From a virus, in IMG/VR virus record IMGVR_UViG_3300021437_000013, positions 13,825 to 77,824 of that record: a DNA stretch of 64,000 nucleotides. One strand, given 5' to 3'. Both the position numbers and the translations under genes were made by a program. The stretch's first letter is position 1; every line of letters begins with the position of its first letter. Below, piece after piece: positions 48,658 to 58,387 of this stretch. The notes beneath the pieces are model-generated. The model was not told the DNA's origin. It saw nothing but the letters and a program-made list of their open reading frames with translations, and did not search any database.

Positions 48658-51146
48658 AAATCCTCCAATAAGTGTTTATTCTTAACTAAAGAATAATCTA
48701 TAAATGGATTTTCGTCAAGGATATTATCTAAAATACTTACCGTATCATATACCCTATTTATGAGCTTTTCAACATTAACATCATTATTATAATCTTCAAT
48801 ACACCTTAATCCAGTAATCTTTGTTTCTTTAACTTTTACTTTACCATTCTTTAATTGAGTTTCTTCTTTCAAAGAAGATATAACACATGGAAATAAATAA
48901 ATCTTATCCCCTTCTTGTACTTCCTTTTTAGCTATAGCATCCCATATATCACGTTCATTCTTTCTTGCTTCGGGATTCTTAGCACAATCTAAAACTGGCT
49001 TTGTTACTGTTTTCTTTTGACACCATCTTAGTATGTCAGTGACATTCATAGCTTCTCTTAAATAGCTATGATAGATTTCTTTAAGATTACGGCCGTTATT
49101 TTCTAAGGAATCTCTAATTAAATCATCTAATAGCTCTTTTAAAGCCGGTTCAAGCTTACTACTCTTTAATGCGCTACCTTTCTTAGTATATTTACTGCCA
49201 GTCTTTAATACATAATTCTTAGCTTTTAATGCTAAACAAGAATCGTAATATCCGTCATTTTCCCATTCAATCATATCGGGAGATAAATCATTAATCTCTT
49301 TTGTTAAAGTTTCAATCTCTTCACTACTAAACTTGCTCATATCAGCTTTACAAAATGAAATTGAATCTGTATCACTTGGGCCAATAATAAAGTCATGTTG
49401 AATAGTAGCAGGGAGTTTTCCATCTAATGATAAATATTTCTGTTTATCAGCTTTAACTTGCATTTTAGCATAAAACTTATCAATCCAATAATGATAATTA
49501 TTCCCACTGGCCCAACGTAATGCCAAATCAATTACTTCTCTGGTTTCTTTAGTAATAATCTGTGCAATATGTGCATCATTAAAATTAAGGCCAGAAGTAT
49601 TAGTTACACCGTAGGAAGAATTGATAATTATCTTATTTACTGAATCTAAATCTTTCCAGTATTGTTCACCAGTTTCTTTAGCCAGTTTTTTATATTCAAA
49701 GCGTTTATTAGCAAAGTAATTAACCATATTATAAAAATTAGCTCTTGGGTCTTTAGTTTTATTATAAAGCTTTAATCTTAATATTTGTGATGGATATGCC
49801 GACTTTATATCAACTTTAAATAAGTTATTATAAATACCAGGAATACCAAAACTAATACCGCCCTCCACTTTCTCTTCCGATATATCATCAGCTAATGGGA
49901 TACTTTCACCTATTTGTAGATATGACCTAACTAAAAATGAGTTTATTTGTCCACCAGTAGCAGTTTCCATCATCATTTGGAAACTCTTTGGGATATGTTG
50001 AGTAAAATAAAAAAAAGGAGATGCAAACGTATCAAATAGCTTTAAAGAGTCTTCTGCGTCCTCTTCTGCATATTGAATAACTTTAAGCTTCATTTCTGGA
50101 CTTTTCCAGTATTCAGCTATCTTACTGGCATCAATATATGTTCTATCCGCTTTATCTTGTCCTATAGCTTTAATAAGCACCTTTAAAGCGTATGATTCAA
50201 ATTTACGCTGTGAATCAGCAGTCAACATTAAAAAGAAGGTATCAATAACTTCTCGACCAAATACAGTAACTCTTTTGTATGAATAAGACTGACTACCATC
50301 TTTGCGCTTCTGTCTAACTCTATCCTCAAATTCTAAAGCAGAGTTATCTCTTCCTAATAGTAATTCTCCAGCTCTTGTTTCAAGATAAGGTAAATCGAAT
50401 ATTAGTATGTTGTGTCCGAGTAAAAGACTTGGATTGATTTCTCTAACCCATTTACACCAATCATTAATCATTTCAACATCAGATGAATAATTATCAATAT
50501 TAAAGGTTTTATTAACGGCCATACCATTAGCATTTCTATAATAATTAGTAATAAGAAATACTTTAGCGTTTTTTGCTAAAGGGTCAATCCCTGATGTTTC
50601 AATATCAAAAGATAAAACACTAACTTCATTAATTTTCATTTGTTTAAAATAAGTAAAACCATGAAGCGTCATAAATGCTTCTGGAAAGTTATTTATATTA
50701 AATAATCTATATTTCCAAATATTCTGTTTATGTTCATTATATTCAGCTTCATCTTTATATTCCCTAATATACTTATAATGAGTCTTACCCTTTAATGGTT
50801 TAGTGTTTGAGTTTGATACATTACTTAATACCCAATGTTTATATGGGAATATGCTTTCTTGTATACCAGAGGAAGATTCTCTAAATATATGAATGTTATT
50901 ATTTTTATAAGATGCATTTACAATTCTATCTAATGGATTCTTACCATAAATTAATGTATCTGTTTCACTAAGTGGGTATTCAATAGATAATAAGAACTCT
51001 GGGGATATATCAATTAAAGCTTTATCTTCACCATAATTAATCAATAAATTATTACCTCTATTTTCAATGATAGATATACTACCATCTTTTAAACAGCTAT
51101 TAAATTCATCCACAGATGATTTACTATCTAATAAAAGATTCAACAT
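48654..51146 (-). CDS. DNA polymerase family B with 3'-5' exonuclease
   Basis: FDIET, HN...FD, Y...D exonuclease motifs; DIKSAYPS, K...NSSYG, DTDS polymerase motifs. Confidence 0.93.
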   Translation of the reverse strand: MLNLLLDSKSSVDEFNSCLKDGSISIIENRGNNLLINYGEDKALIDISPEFLLSIEYPLSETDTLIYGKNPLDRIVNASYKNNNIHIFRESSSGIQESIFPYKHWVLSNVSNSNTKPLKGKTHYKYIREYKDEAEYNEHKQNIWKYRLFNINNFPEAFMTLHGFTYFKQMKINEVSVLSFDIETSGIDPLAKNAKVFLITNYYRNANGMAVNKTFNIDNYSSDVEMINDWCKWVREINPSLLLGHNILIFDLPYLETRAGELLLGRDNSALEFEDRVRQKRKDGSQSYSYKRVTVFGREVIDTFFLMLTADSQRKFESYALKVLIKAIGQDKADRTYIDASKIAEYWKSPEMKLKVIQYAEEDAEDSLKLFDTFASPFFYFTQHIPKSFQMMMETATGGQINSFLVRSYLQIGESIPLADDISEEKVEGGISFGIPGIYNNLFKVDIKSAYPSQILRLKLYNKTKDPRANFYNMVNYFANKRFEYKKLAKETGEQYWKDLDSVNKIIINSSYGVTNTSGLNFNDAHIAQIITKETREVIDLALRWASGNNYHYWIDKFYAKMQVKADKQKYLSLDGKLPATIQHDFIIGPSDTDSISFCKADMSKFSSEEIETLTKEINDLSPDMIEWENDGYYDSCLALKAKNYVLKTGSKYTKKGSALKSSKLEPALKELLDDLIRDSLENNGRNLKEIYHSYLREAMNVTDILRWCQKKTVTKPVLDCAKNPEARKNERDIWDAIAKKEVQEGDKIYLFPCVISSLKEETQLKNGKVKVKETKITGLRCIEDYNNDVNVEKLINRVYDTVSILDNILDENPFIDYSLVKNKHLLEDL

Positions 51147-51147
51147 A

Positions 51148-51600
51148 CTAATCACCCTTCATTAGTCGGTATTTGCTCCCACTTAAAGTATAAAAGTCGG
51201 TAATATACTCATCTATAATCTCTATGGCCGTTACAATATTAGTGCGATACCATTCACCTTTAAATGTTTGTATCTTAAAGGCAATACCTTCTTGTAACAA
51301 TTCACCATACCCGTGTCTTAGTATCATCGTATAACTGCCAATATCAAATGGCTTTCCATTCATTGTAGCATTATAATTTGCACTTCTATTAAACTTAAAA
51401 AGGTTATATTCTCCCTTACCTTCAATATCAATAGCTATATCATATATACTACCAATCACGGTTATTCTATTTAACCATTCAGGCTGTACGACAAAGCAAT
51501 CATGCATATCTCTAATAAAGTAGTCCTTATCTTTAGTGATAAACTCTACTACCTCAAAGGTTCCATCTTCATGCTCAAAGGTTGCTATTTCTATTTTCAT
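51148..51600 (-). CDS. hypothetical protein
   Basis: AGGAG RBS before MKIEIA. Confidence 0.7.
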   Translation of the reverse strand: MKIEIATFEHEDGTFEVVEFITKDKDYFIRDMHDCFVVQPEWLNRITVIGSIYDIAIDIEGKGEYNLFKFNRSANYNATMNGKPFDIGSYTMILRHGYGELLQEGIAFKIQTFKGEWYRTNIVTAIEIIDEYITDFYTLSGSKYRLMKGD

Positions 51601-51601
51601 T

Positions 51602-51967
51602 TTAAAAACTCCTACTAAATGTAATATTAGCACTATATGAACTATTTGTAAAGTCATATGTGGCATGTAGTCCAATGTCATTATACCTCAACGGGTATAT
51701 TTTGTCAGTATTTAGTATTTTTATACCCAATAGGGTATAGACTCCAGCGGCAAGTGCAAGCTCCCTATCATTAAGAGGAAGCTTTGCATAAAAGGCTTTT
51801 TCTAATTCTTTGTACTTCTTAGTATGAAGTAAGGCATCTTTAATCTTAGCTTGTGCAGTGTCATAATCATTCGCCAATAACTGTGTGGTCATCATAACCA
51901 TTAATATTATTGCTGACACTAAATAACTCATCAAAATATTCATCCATTCTTCCCGTATAAGTTTCAT
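51602..51967 (-). CDS. putative secreted / outer-membrane-type protein
   Basis: Signal-like N-terminus; ends in beta-strand + Phe (ANITFSRSF); start uncertain. Confidence 0.55.
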   Translation of the reverse strand: MKLIREEWMNILMSYLVSAIILMVMMTTQLLANDYDTAQAKIKDALLHTKKYKELEKAFYAKLPLNDRELALAAGVYTLLGIKILNTDKIYPLRYNDIGLHATYDFTNSSYSANITFSRSF

Positions 51968-52397
51968 CTGCTTGTAGCTGTGAAATCATAATACTTTTTG
52001 CAATCCCTCTCACCTTTCTATTATCGTGTTTACGATGCAATAAAGAATGACCGATTTCATGAGCCATTAAAGCTAACATTTGAGTATTAGTATAATTGTA
52101 TAATGAATCTGGGGAAATGTAAATATATCTTTCTGGTTCAAAGAACTCTGTGGATAATCCGGCATATCCCCTTTTAATTCTTCCTACTCTAACAATAAGT
52201 CTTTGAAACTCATCAACCTTAATACGTCTCTTATTAATCTCATCAACTACACGCTGAACGTATGGACAAAGTTCAACATCACAGATAATCTTAGGTTTAA
52301 AGGTTCTGGCCGTAGATGAACAAGCAAGAACCATTAAAACTGTTATTAAGGATATTACTAAGGTAAGTCTAATTGTCATTCTTGTTAGTGTTTCCAT
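51867..52397 (-). CDS. lipoprotein zinc metallopeptidase (matrixin-like)
   Basis: Lipobox VLAC; HEIGHSLLHRKH; Met-turn SIM. Confidence 0.8.
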   Translation of the reverse strand: METLTRMTIRLTLVISLITVLMVLACSSTARTFKPKIICDVELCPYVQRVVDEINKRRIKVDEFQRLIVRVGRIKRGYAGLSTEFFEPERYIYISPDSLYNYTNTQMLALMAHEIGHSLLHRKHDNRKVRGIAKSIMISQLQADETYTGRMDEYFDELFSVSNNINGYDDHTVIGE

Positions 52398-53181
52398 TTT
52401 TAGTTCCCTTTTTATTCTCTGTTTCTTTATTAGTCTTTGTTACTGGTGGGGTAACAGGTGGTGTTACGGGTGGAGTAACTGGAGGGATTACAACCGAAGG
52501 AGTCGGAGGAATAACTGGCGGCGTAGGTGGTGTAACTGGTGGTTCAACAACAGGAGGTGTTACAGGTGGAGTAGTTGGAGGTGTTACACATGATGGGTCA
52601 TTTGGTGCAATGGTACAATCTACTGGTGCATTTGGTGCAATCTGGCATATAGCTTGTGTAGGGTCAATAGTACAGTCTACAATTGGAGTTACACATAAAC
52701 TATCAAGTGGAGTAGCTGTGCAATCCACTGTTGGGGGTGGTGTGGGGTTTAAATCCAATCCTAAGAGGTTTAAAAGGATGGTGCTTGGGGTAGTAGCTCC
52801 CTCTGCGTTCATAGCGGTCAATTCGGCTATTATAGCGTTTAAAATTGATGTATCAGTTATAGTATTGATAGAATTAACCAATAAAGTAGTATTTAAGCTC
52901 GCATTAAGCATTACTAATTGGTCTGCTTGAAACTGCAAATCTACTACAGTTGGTGTTGTAACTGGTGATGTAGGGTCAACCGGTGTAGTTGGGTCAACTG
53001 GAGTAGTTGAAACCTCTATTGTAGGTGGTGTAACCTCTTTAGTAGGTGGAGTGGGGTTGCTCACTGCCCCATTGTCAATTGTTGGTGCTACAGTTTGTAT
53101 GTCGTTAACCGAGTCTGTTTTGTGGTTACAAGATACAGCTATAAGCGTAGCTGATGCAAGTGTAATTACTAATTTCTTCAT
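52369..53181 (-). CDS. Pro/Thr-rich lipoprotein with DC...P..C repeats
   Basis: AAGGAG RBS, MKK signal, lipobox AVSC, VTPP repeats. Confidence 0.8.
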   Translation of the reverse strand: MKKLVITLASATLIAVSCNHKTDSVNDIQTVAPTIDNGAVSNPTPPTKEVTPPTIEVSTTPVDPTTPVDPTSPVTTPTVVDLQFQADQLVMLNASLNTTLLVNSINTITDTSILNAIIAELTAMNAEGATTPSTILLNLLGLDLNPTPPPTVDCTATPLDSLCVTPIVDCTIDPTQAICQIAPNAPVDCTIAPNDPSCVTPPTTPPVTPPVVEPPVTPPTPPVIPPTPSVVIPPVTPPVTPPVTPPVTKTNKETENKKGTKNGNTNKNDN

Positions 53182-53207
53182 GAATATTTCTCCTTTAGTG
53201 TGTGTCA

Positions 53208-53396
53208 TTATTCGTCAAAGCTTTCGCCCGTTTGTACGGCCGTAAGTTCCTTCTTTAATATTAAGCTTAGCATGTTGGATATTTCTCTTCTTGATGGTAG
53301 ATTAGCTTCGTCAATGTACCCTTCCTCATCTACATAGAATACCGCTACTACGTCTTGTAAATCTGTGCTTCTAATTTCGTATTGGTAGAATTTCAT
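53208..53396 (-). CDS. hypothetical protein
   Basis: AAGGAG RBS; promoter upstream. Confidence 0.7.
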   Translation of the reverse strand: MKFYQYEIRSTDLQDVVAVFYVDEEGYIDEANLPSRREISNMLSLILKKELTAVQTGESFDE

Positions 53397-53414
53397 ATAA
53401 GTCTCCTTTTTTCA

Positions 53415-53443
53415 AGGATAGCAGAGTTTTATAACTCTGTCAA
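53415..53443 (-). promoter_or_regulatory. sigma70-like promoter TTGACA-17-TATCCT with overlapping inverted repeat
   Basis: CAGAGTT-TTAT-AACTCTG palindrome (53422-53439) in the spacer. Confidence 0.62.
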
Positions 53444-53770
53444 CTTATGGCCGTAACTTTTACTAAAATAAGTTAGGTAGTCATCTTCAAGGATAGGTTC
53501 ATCTTCTTCATTTAAAGCTGGCAGTTCTGGCATACCATCGTCAGATGCTTTGTCTTCTGTCTCTTCTTTCTTCTCTTGTTCCTCTTCTGCACGTTTACGC
53601 ATCTTCTCAATAAGGGAAGAATAATCTGCTCTTGTTTCTTCGGATATCTTAACATCAAAGGATTTACAGCAAGTAGGGCAGAATACACGGCCATTATCTC
53701 TCGCCCATTCTAAAGGTGTAGAAAATGTTTCTTCACAATATTTGCAGGTAATGCTGATAAGTTTATCCAT
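53429..53770 (-). CDS. zinc-ribbon protein with acidic tail
   Basis: CKYC...CPTC. Confidence 0.72.
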   Translation of the reverse strand: MDKLISITCKYCEETFSTPLEWARDNGRVFCPTCCKSFDVKISEETRADYSSLIEKMRKRAEEEQEKKEETEDKASDDGMPELPALNEEDEPILEDDYLTYFSKSYGHKLTEL

Positions 53771-53774
53771 AAGC

Positions 53775-54350
53775 TTAATCCCAAAAGTAGTTAATTTTCT
53801 TCATCTTATCACAAAACTTTTCAAGAAGCAATTTCTTAAACTCTTGTTCTTTCATGAAGATTTCACTGAACTCTTCTTTAGCTTGCTTGTCCTCTTCATC
53901 GGTTTTAGCATTAGCGTATTTACTATGATGCGTGAATAAGTCTCTATTTTCATATGGAGTAAACCAAGTCTTAAGTTCCCCCCACTTCTTTACATGCTCA
54001 TCATACAAAGCTTCCATCTCTGGATGCTCATGTAATAGAACCTTGTTAGATAGGTCTAATAGCTCATTAAAGGCGATATAATTCTCATCCTCTGGGTTAG
54101 TATGCCATTCTAAGCTGCCACGCTCTTTAATGTACTTATTGAAGCGTTTAAGTTGATGGTTGATTAAAATGAGGGAATCATCGGCAGTATAGTCTTTAAT
54201 ACTATAGCCAACTTTAGCCCAGTATAAAGTTCTACATAATGCAGAATATTTACCGCTAAAGAAGTAGTATATATCTAATACCTTATCTGCAATCTTACCG
54301 ATTATGTCTTCTCTAACACTAAGGTCTATTAACTTGTCTTCAAGTTTCAT
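53775..54350 (-). CDS. hypothetical protein
   Basis: GGAG RBS before MKLED; ends in FWD. Confidence 0.72.
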   Translation of the reverse strand: MKLEDKLIDLSVREDIIGKIADKVLDIYYFFSGKYSALCRTLYWAKVGYSIKDYTADDSLILINHQLKRFNKYIKERGSLEWHTNPEDENYIAFNELLDLSNKVLLHEHPEMEALYDEHVKKWGELKTWFTPYENRDLFTHHSKYANAKTDEEDKQAKEEFSEIFMKEQEFKKLLLEKFCDKMKKINYFWD

Positions 54351-54606
54351 TTTCAATGCTCCAGTCGTTGATTCTATCATCGTTAAGCGTTAATGAACAA
54401 GGTCCTGCACATATAGTCCAGTTTACAGCGTTAATAATCAACTCATCATTTTTAAGCTTCCAACTTCTTACTTGGAATCTGTGAGTTTTGTTATTGTGTA
54501 CTGTGGTGATAATGCAGTGAGTAGTACGGCCGCTATCTTCTGGATGCTCATTAACTACTTCTTTACATCTACTATCTAATATCGCTTTAAACTCTTGTAT
54601 GTTCAT
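54340..54606 (-). CDS. hypothetical protein
   Basis: Coupled ORF. Confidence 0.65.
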   Translation of the reverse strand: MNIQEFKAILDSRCKEVVNEHPEDSGRTTHCIITTVHNNKTHRFQVRSWKLKNDELIINAVNWTICAGPCSLTLNDDRINDWSIENET

Positions 54607-54950
54607 TGCTCTTGACCAAAGTTTGTATTTTCTAAAGCTGCTTGTGCCATTGCCTTTTCTCTCATTTTACTTATGGATTGTAACCTCTCAAAATTATCTA
54701 TAACCTTTCTATCATGAACAATAACCTCTTTACGAGTCATTACATGCGACGATGTTCTTAAGCAGTAACTCATTATTAAATAATCTACGAAATTTGGTAA
54801 GCTTTCATGTTGCTCTAATTTTATATCCATAAAGTTAGGATAAGATTTACTGTCATCAAACTGTAGAATAAATATCCCCCTAATAGGCATTATCTTTTGA
54901 TTTCGTAGTTCGTCTATTGCTCTTTGTGCTATTAAATCATAAGCTTTCAT
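54603..54950 (-). CDS. hypothetical protein
   Basis: GGAGG RBS. Confidence 0.7.
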   Translation of the reverse strand: MKAYDLIAQRAIDELRNQKIMPIRGIFILQFDDSKSYPNFMDIKLEQHESLPNFVDYLIMSYCLRTSSHVMTRKEVIVHDRKVIDNFERLQSISKMREKAMAQAALENTNFGQEQ

Positions 54951-55155
54951 CTATCCTCCACCTTTCATCATATATCTCTTCATCAGATAAGTCAACAATA
55001 CCAGAACATAATAAGCCACCGCCTCCAAGGATAACGTAGTGATAGAAGCCGGGAGGGTCATAAGCATTACCCTCTTTGTATTTAAGAAATTCTTCTTTAT
55101 CCATATGAGGATGAGTTATTCTAACTGTAGTGTCTGTAAAGTCTTTAAGGTTCAT
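54937..55155 (-). CDS. hypothetical protein
   Basis: GGAG RBS before MNLKD. Confidence 0.65.
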   Translation of the reverse strand: MNLKDFTDTTVRITHPHMDKEEFLKYKEGNAYDPPGFYHYVILGGGGLLCSGIVDLSDEEIYDERWRIDESL

Positions 55156-55496
55156 TTTATATGCTCCGAACATCTTGTTACATGCCAACCGGTTGAATAC
55201 AGCTTACCAGGTTCACCACACACTTCACAAGTCTGACCTGATAACTTTTCAATTGTTTCAATCAATACTTCCATCGTTTCAGGTTCTTCGGTAAGGTATA
55301 TGCGTAGTGTACCATACTTCTCTTTAATTTGCACCGGGTAACATCTGTTTTCTTCGTCTTGCTCTTTATTGAATCTTGCTAATTCGGATATTACAATGCG
55401 CAGTAGTTGATACCAACCATCTTGACATTCAAAGTAGAATGGGCCGTTAAAGGCTTCTGGGAACTCTTCAACTAAGCTGTCATTTGTTCTTTTCAT
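55152..55496 (-). CDS. conserved phage protein with C-terminal zinc ribbon
   Basis: C.DGW..L, QIKEKYG.LR.Y, CEVCG.PG, W..T.C. Confidence 0.78.
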   Translation of the reverse strand: MKRTNDSLVEEFPEAFNGPFYFECQDGWYQLLRIVISELARFNKEQDEENRCYPVQIKEKYGTLRIYLTEEPETMEVLIETIEKLSGQTCEVCGEPGKLYSTGWHVTRCSEHIK

Positions 55497-55497
55497 A

Positions 55498-56307
55498 TTA
55501 TTCCTCACACTTTTTAGTATATACTTTGTAAAAAGAATCCACTAACCTTTTTAAGTCATTAAGTTGCTCTTGTAGTTCTAAGTCCTGACTTATCAGTTTA
55601 GCTTTATCTTCTTGTAACGCTTTAACTTGTTTTTGTAATGCTTCTCTATCTAATTGCAATTCTGCGCTTAAGTTATCTATAGCTTTTTTATTATATAAAG
55701 GTTCAATATTGGCATTTTGTAAGTTACATAGACTAAAATCAACACGGTGAAATGAAGCTGCTGTAAAATCAGTATTATTTAAGATTGAGCGTTCAAAGAA
55801 TACATCCCTTATGTCTGCGCCTGATAGATAAGCACGAGTAAAGTCGGTTCCATCTAAATCGGCATTATCTAATATAGTTCCTACCATATCAGTATCAGAT
55901 AAACGCACACTTGAGAAATCAACTTTATTTAAAAATGAACCACTTAAATTCGCACCTCTTAAATTAGCACCTTTTAAAATTGCATCTTTTAAATCAGCAC
56001 GGATTAAATTAGCATAGTATAAATCAGCCCCACTTAAATTAGCACCCCTTAAATTAGCACAGTATAAATCAGCCCCACTTAAATTAGCACCACTTAAATT
56101 AGCATAGCTTAAATTAGCATTACTTAAATCAGTATTGTCTAAATTAGCATTACTTAACTCAGCGTAGCTTAAATCAACATCATTTAAATCAAAACCTCTT
56201 AAATCAGTACGGCTTAAAACTGCACGTTTACCTTTACTTTCATCTTCTAACCAAGCCTTATGTTCTTGTAAGATAGTATTAAATTCTTCTTGTGTTATTT
56301 TTTTCAT
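55498..56307 (-). CDS. pentapeptide repeat protein
   Basis: H..WL....G.RA.L N-terminus followed by many A(N/D)L.. pentapeptides; coiled-coil tail. Confidence 0.92.
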   Translation of the reverse strand: MKKITQEEFNTILQEHKAWLEDESKGKRAVLSRTDLRGFDLNDVDLSYAELSNANLDNTDLSNANLSYANLSGANLSGADLYCANLRGANLSGADLYYANLIRADLKDAILKGANLRGANLSGSFLNKVDFSSVRLSDTDMVGTILDNADLDGTDFTRAYLSGADIRDVFFERSILNNTDFTAASFHRVDFSLCNLQNANIEPLYNKKAIDNLSAELQLDREALQKQVKALQEDKAKLISQDLELQEQLNDLKRLVDSFYKVYTKKCEE

Positions 56308-56310
56308 ATA

Positions 56311-56838
56311 TTATTCCTTTCCATCAACTATAGCATCAAAATCTTCTTTAAGCAATACTTTTTCACAACTACCACCCGATACAGGTAATAAGAAGAAACA
56401 CTGCTCTAACAAGTTAAGCTTCCTTTGAAGTTCAGCTTCCCTTTTATTGCAGATTGCATACATACCTGCAAGTTCCTTTTGTGTGAAGCTTTCTAATGTG
56501 GCCTTGTGTATTACGTCATCCTTTATGTCGTTAAGCTCAAGTGTAAGGATGCTGAAATCAGATTCATTAAACTCACTAAAATAAGCCTTAAGGATGCTGA
56601 AATCAGATTCATTAAACTCACTAAAATAAGACTTTGGGTATTTCTCATAATACTCTTCTACAGCTGTAGTAAAATCTTTATCGGTAGCATTAAAAGACTC
56701 AACCCTTAAAACCTCATATGCATCTTCTAATTCTTGTTTATAAGCTTTAGCATTAGCAAGAGAGGCAAATGAACCTTCGACAAGTTGAGTTGAATTTTCA
56801 TAGTCAAAAACGTTGTTGATTACTTGGTATATTTTCAT
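56311..56838 (-). CDS. hypothetical protein, paralog copy 1
   Basis: AAGGAGAAACAA-ATG at MKIYQV; in frame with upstream segment starting at 57039. Confidence 0.7.
   Translation of the reverse strand: MKIYQVINNVFDYENSTQLVEGSFASLANAKAYKQELEDAYEVLRVESFNATDKDFTTAVEEYYEKYPKSYFSEFNESDFSILKAYFSEFNESDFSILTLELNDIKDDVIHKATLESFTQKELAGMYAICNKREAELQRKLNLLEQCFFLLPVSGGSCEKVLLKEDFDAIVDGKE
56544..56630. repeat. 42-bp tandem duplication (45-bp period)
   Basis: TAAGGATGCTGAAATCAGATTCATTAAACTCACTAAAATAAG at 56544 and 56589. Confidence 0.92.
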
Positions 56839-57039
56839 TTGTTTCTCCTTTTTATACATACTAAACGTGTAAACTATTTCGCCATCTTCTTTAACTTGTT
56901 TTCCATCTAATTCAATCTTATATCCGGTATCCAAACCATAAAACATTGCATAACTCATAGCACTATCAAACGCAATTTCTGCTATCTCTTTTGAGGATAA
57001 GTTAGCATCTTCTATGGTAAAAGTATGCAATTTTTCCAT
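56839..57039 (-). CDS. hypothetical domain fused in frame to paralog copy 1
   Basis: GGAG RBS before MEKLHTF; no stop before MKIYQV. Confidence 0.55.
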
Positions 57040-57040
57040 A

Positions 57041-57289
57041 TTACTCCAATAGATATTTAACGTATTTTTCTTTAGCAAAGTTTAAAGCTGCTTCGGTAGA
57101 TTCTACCAGCATAGTATGATGCACTACTTCATAATTATTTAAATGAAACTTGCCTCGCATTTCTTCTAACACTTTTCTACGTTCATTTAACTTCTCTTCT
57201 AATGTAGAAATTATAATTTCATGAAGATTCGTTTTAGTGAATGTTTTTAAACAAATCAAATTAATACTCGGCTCTTCTATTCTTTTCAT
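57041..57289 (-). CDS. hypothetical protein
   Basis: AAGGA RBS. Confidence 0.7.
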   Translation of the reverse strand: MKRIEEPSINLICLKTFTKTNLHEIIISTLEEKLNERRKVLEEMRGKFHLNNYEVVHHTMLVESTEAALNFAKEKYVKYLLE

Positions 57290-57292
57290 ATA

Positions 57293-57796
57293 TTATTCCT
57301 TTCCATCAACTATAGCATCAAAATCTTCTTTAAGCAACACTTTTTCACAGCTGCCACCTGACACCGGTAATAAGAAGAAACATTGTGCTAACAAGTTAAT
57401 CTTCCTTTGAAGTTCACTTTCTCTTTTATTGCAGATTGCATACATACCTGAAAGTTCTTCTTGTGTGAAGCTTTCTAATGTGGCCTTGTGTATTACATCA
57501 TCCTTTATGTCGTTAAGCTCAAGTGTAAGGATGCTGAAATCAGATTCATTAAACTCACTAAAATAAGACTTTGGGTATTTCTCATAATACTCTTCTACGG
57601 CCGCAGTAAAAATCTCAGTATTAACGTCTAAAGTCTCATCAGATATGTTTTTTAACATCAACCTTAGAACAGATTGCGCATCTTCTAATTCCTGTTTATA
57701 AACTTTGGCATTAGCAAGGGAGGCAAATGAACCTTCGACAAGTTGAGTTGAATTCTCGTAGTCGGAAATGTTGTTGATTACTTGGTATATTTTCAT
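57293..57796 (-). CDS. hypothetical protein, paralog copy 2
   Basis: AAGGAG RBS; near-identical to 56311..56838. Confidence 0.8.
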   Translation of the reverse strand: MKIYQVINNISDYENSTQLVEGSFASLANAKVYKQELEDAQSVLRLMLKNISDETLDVNTEIFTAAVEEYYEKYPKSYFSEFNESDFSILTLELNDIKDDVIHKATLESFTQEELSGMYAICNKRESELQRKINLLAQCFFLLPVSGGSCEKVLLKEDFDAIVDGKE

Positions 57797-57821
57797 TTGA
57801 TTCTCCTTGGTGTACTCTTTC

Positions 57822-58172
57822 TTATTCAGTTAATTTACAGACGATGTGTATCATTTCAGCTTTTACTCCACTATATAGGTTGACCATATAATAATATTCT
57901 TTAGCATAGTTGTAAAAATCCCCATTACCTAAAGTAAAAGCTTCTTTGTTTCCGTTAGTCGAGCATGCTATAAAAGAATAATACCTGTTTCCATAGGAAG
58001 TAGATTCTTTATTTTGTGTAAATTTACATTTCCAATTTAACTTTAAATTAGGAAGTATAATATTATCCTTTAATAAAAAAGTTTTTACTTCCCTGTCAGG
58101 AAATGTTATTTCTGCCGTACAAGTTTGAGTAGCTTTTACATTAAACATCAATAAAAAGATTAATAGTTTCAT
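57822..58172 (-). CDS. putative secreted protein
   Basis: Short signal peptide, four Cys. Confidence 0.7.
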   Translation of the reverse strand: MKLLIFLLMFNVKATQTCTAEITFPDREVKTFLLKDNIILPNLKLNWKCKFTQNKESTSYGNRYYSFIACSTNGNKEAFTLGNGDFYNYAKEYYYMVNLYSGVKAEMIHIVCKLTE

Positions 58173-58357
58173 TTGATTCGCTCCTTTAAGATATCAATAA
58201 CAGCAAATACATACCAAATTAAGATACTTCCTACTAATAGACCAAGACTTATTTCTCGTGGTAAATATTGGATTATGATTGATATAAGTATTAGAATTAA
58301 ACTTATAGTAATCCCGACAACCGCGAGAAGCTTCATTGATATTGGTTCTGGTTTCAT
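58169..58357 (-). CDS. small two-TM membrane protein
   Basis: AAGGAG RBS; promoter upstream. Confidence 0.7.
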   Translation of the reverse strand: MKPEPISMKLLAVVGITISLILILISIIIQYLPREISLGLLVGSILIWYVFAVIDILKERIK

Positions 58358-58387
58358 TTGTTTCTCCTTTTAAGTGACGCTTGATAT

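Larger units (their letters stand above)
56301..57808. repeat. ~0.5-kb direct repeat pair (56301-56850 and 57283-57808)
   Basis: Near-identical DNA and protein in two copies. Confidence 0.9.

Noticed and set aside
56301-57808. Diversity-generating retroelement TR/VR pair
   Set aside because: Differences are not adenine-specific, both copies are intact genes, and no reverse transcriptase is present in the window.
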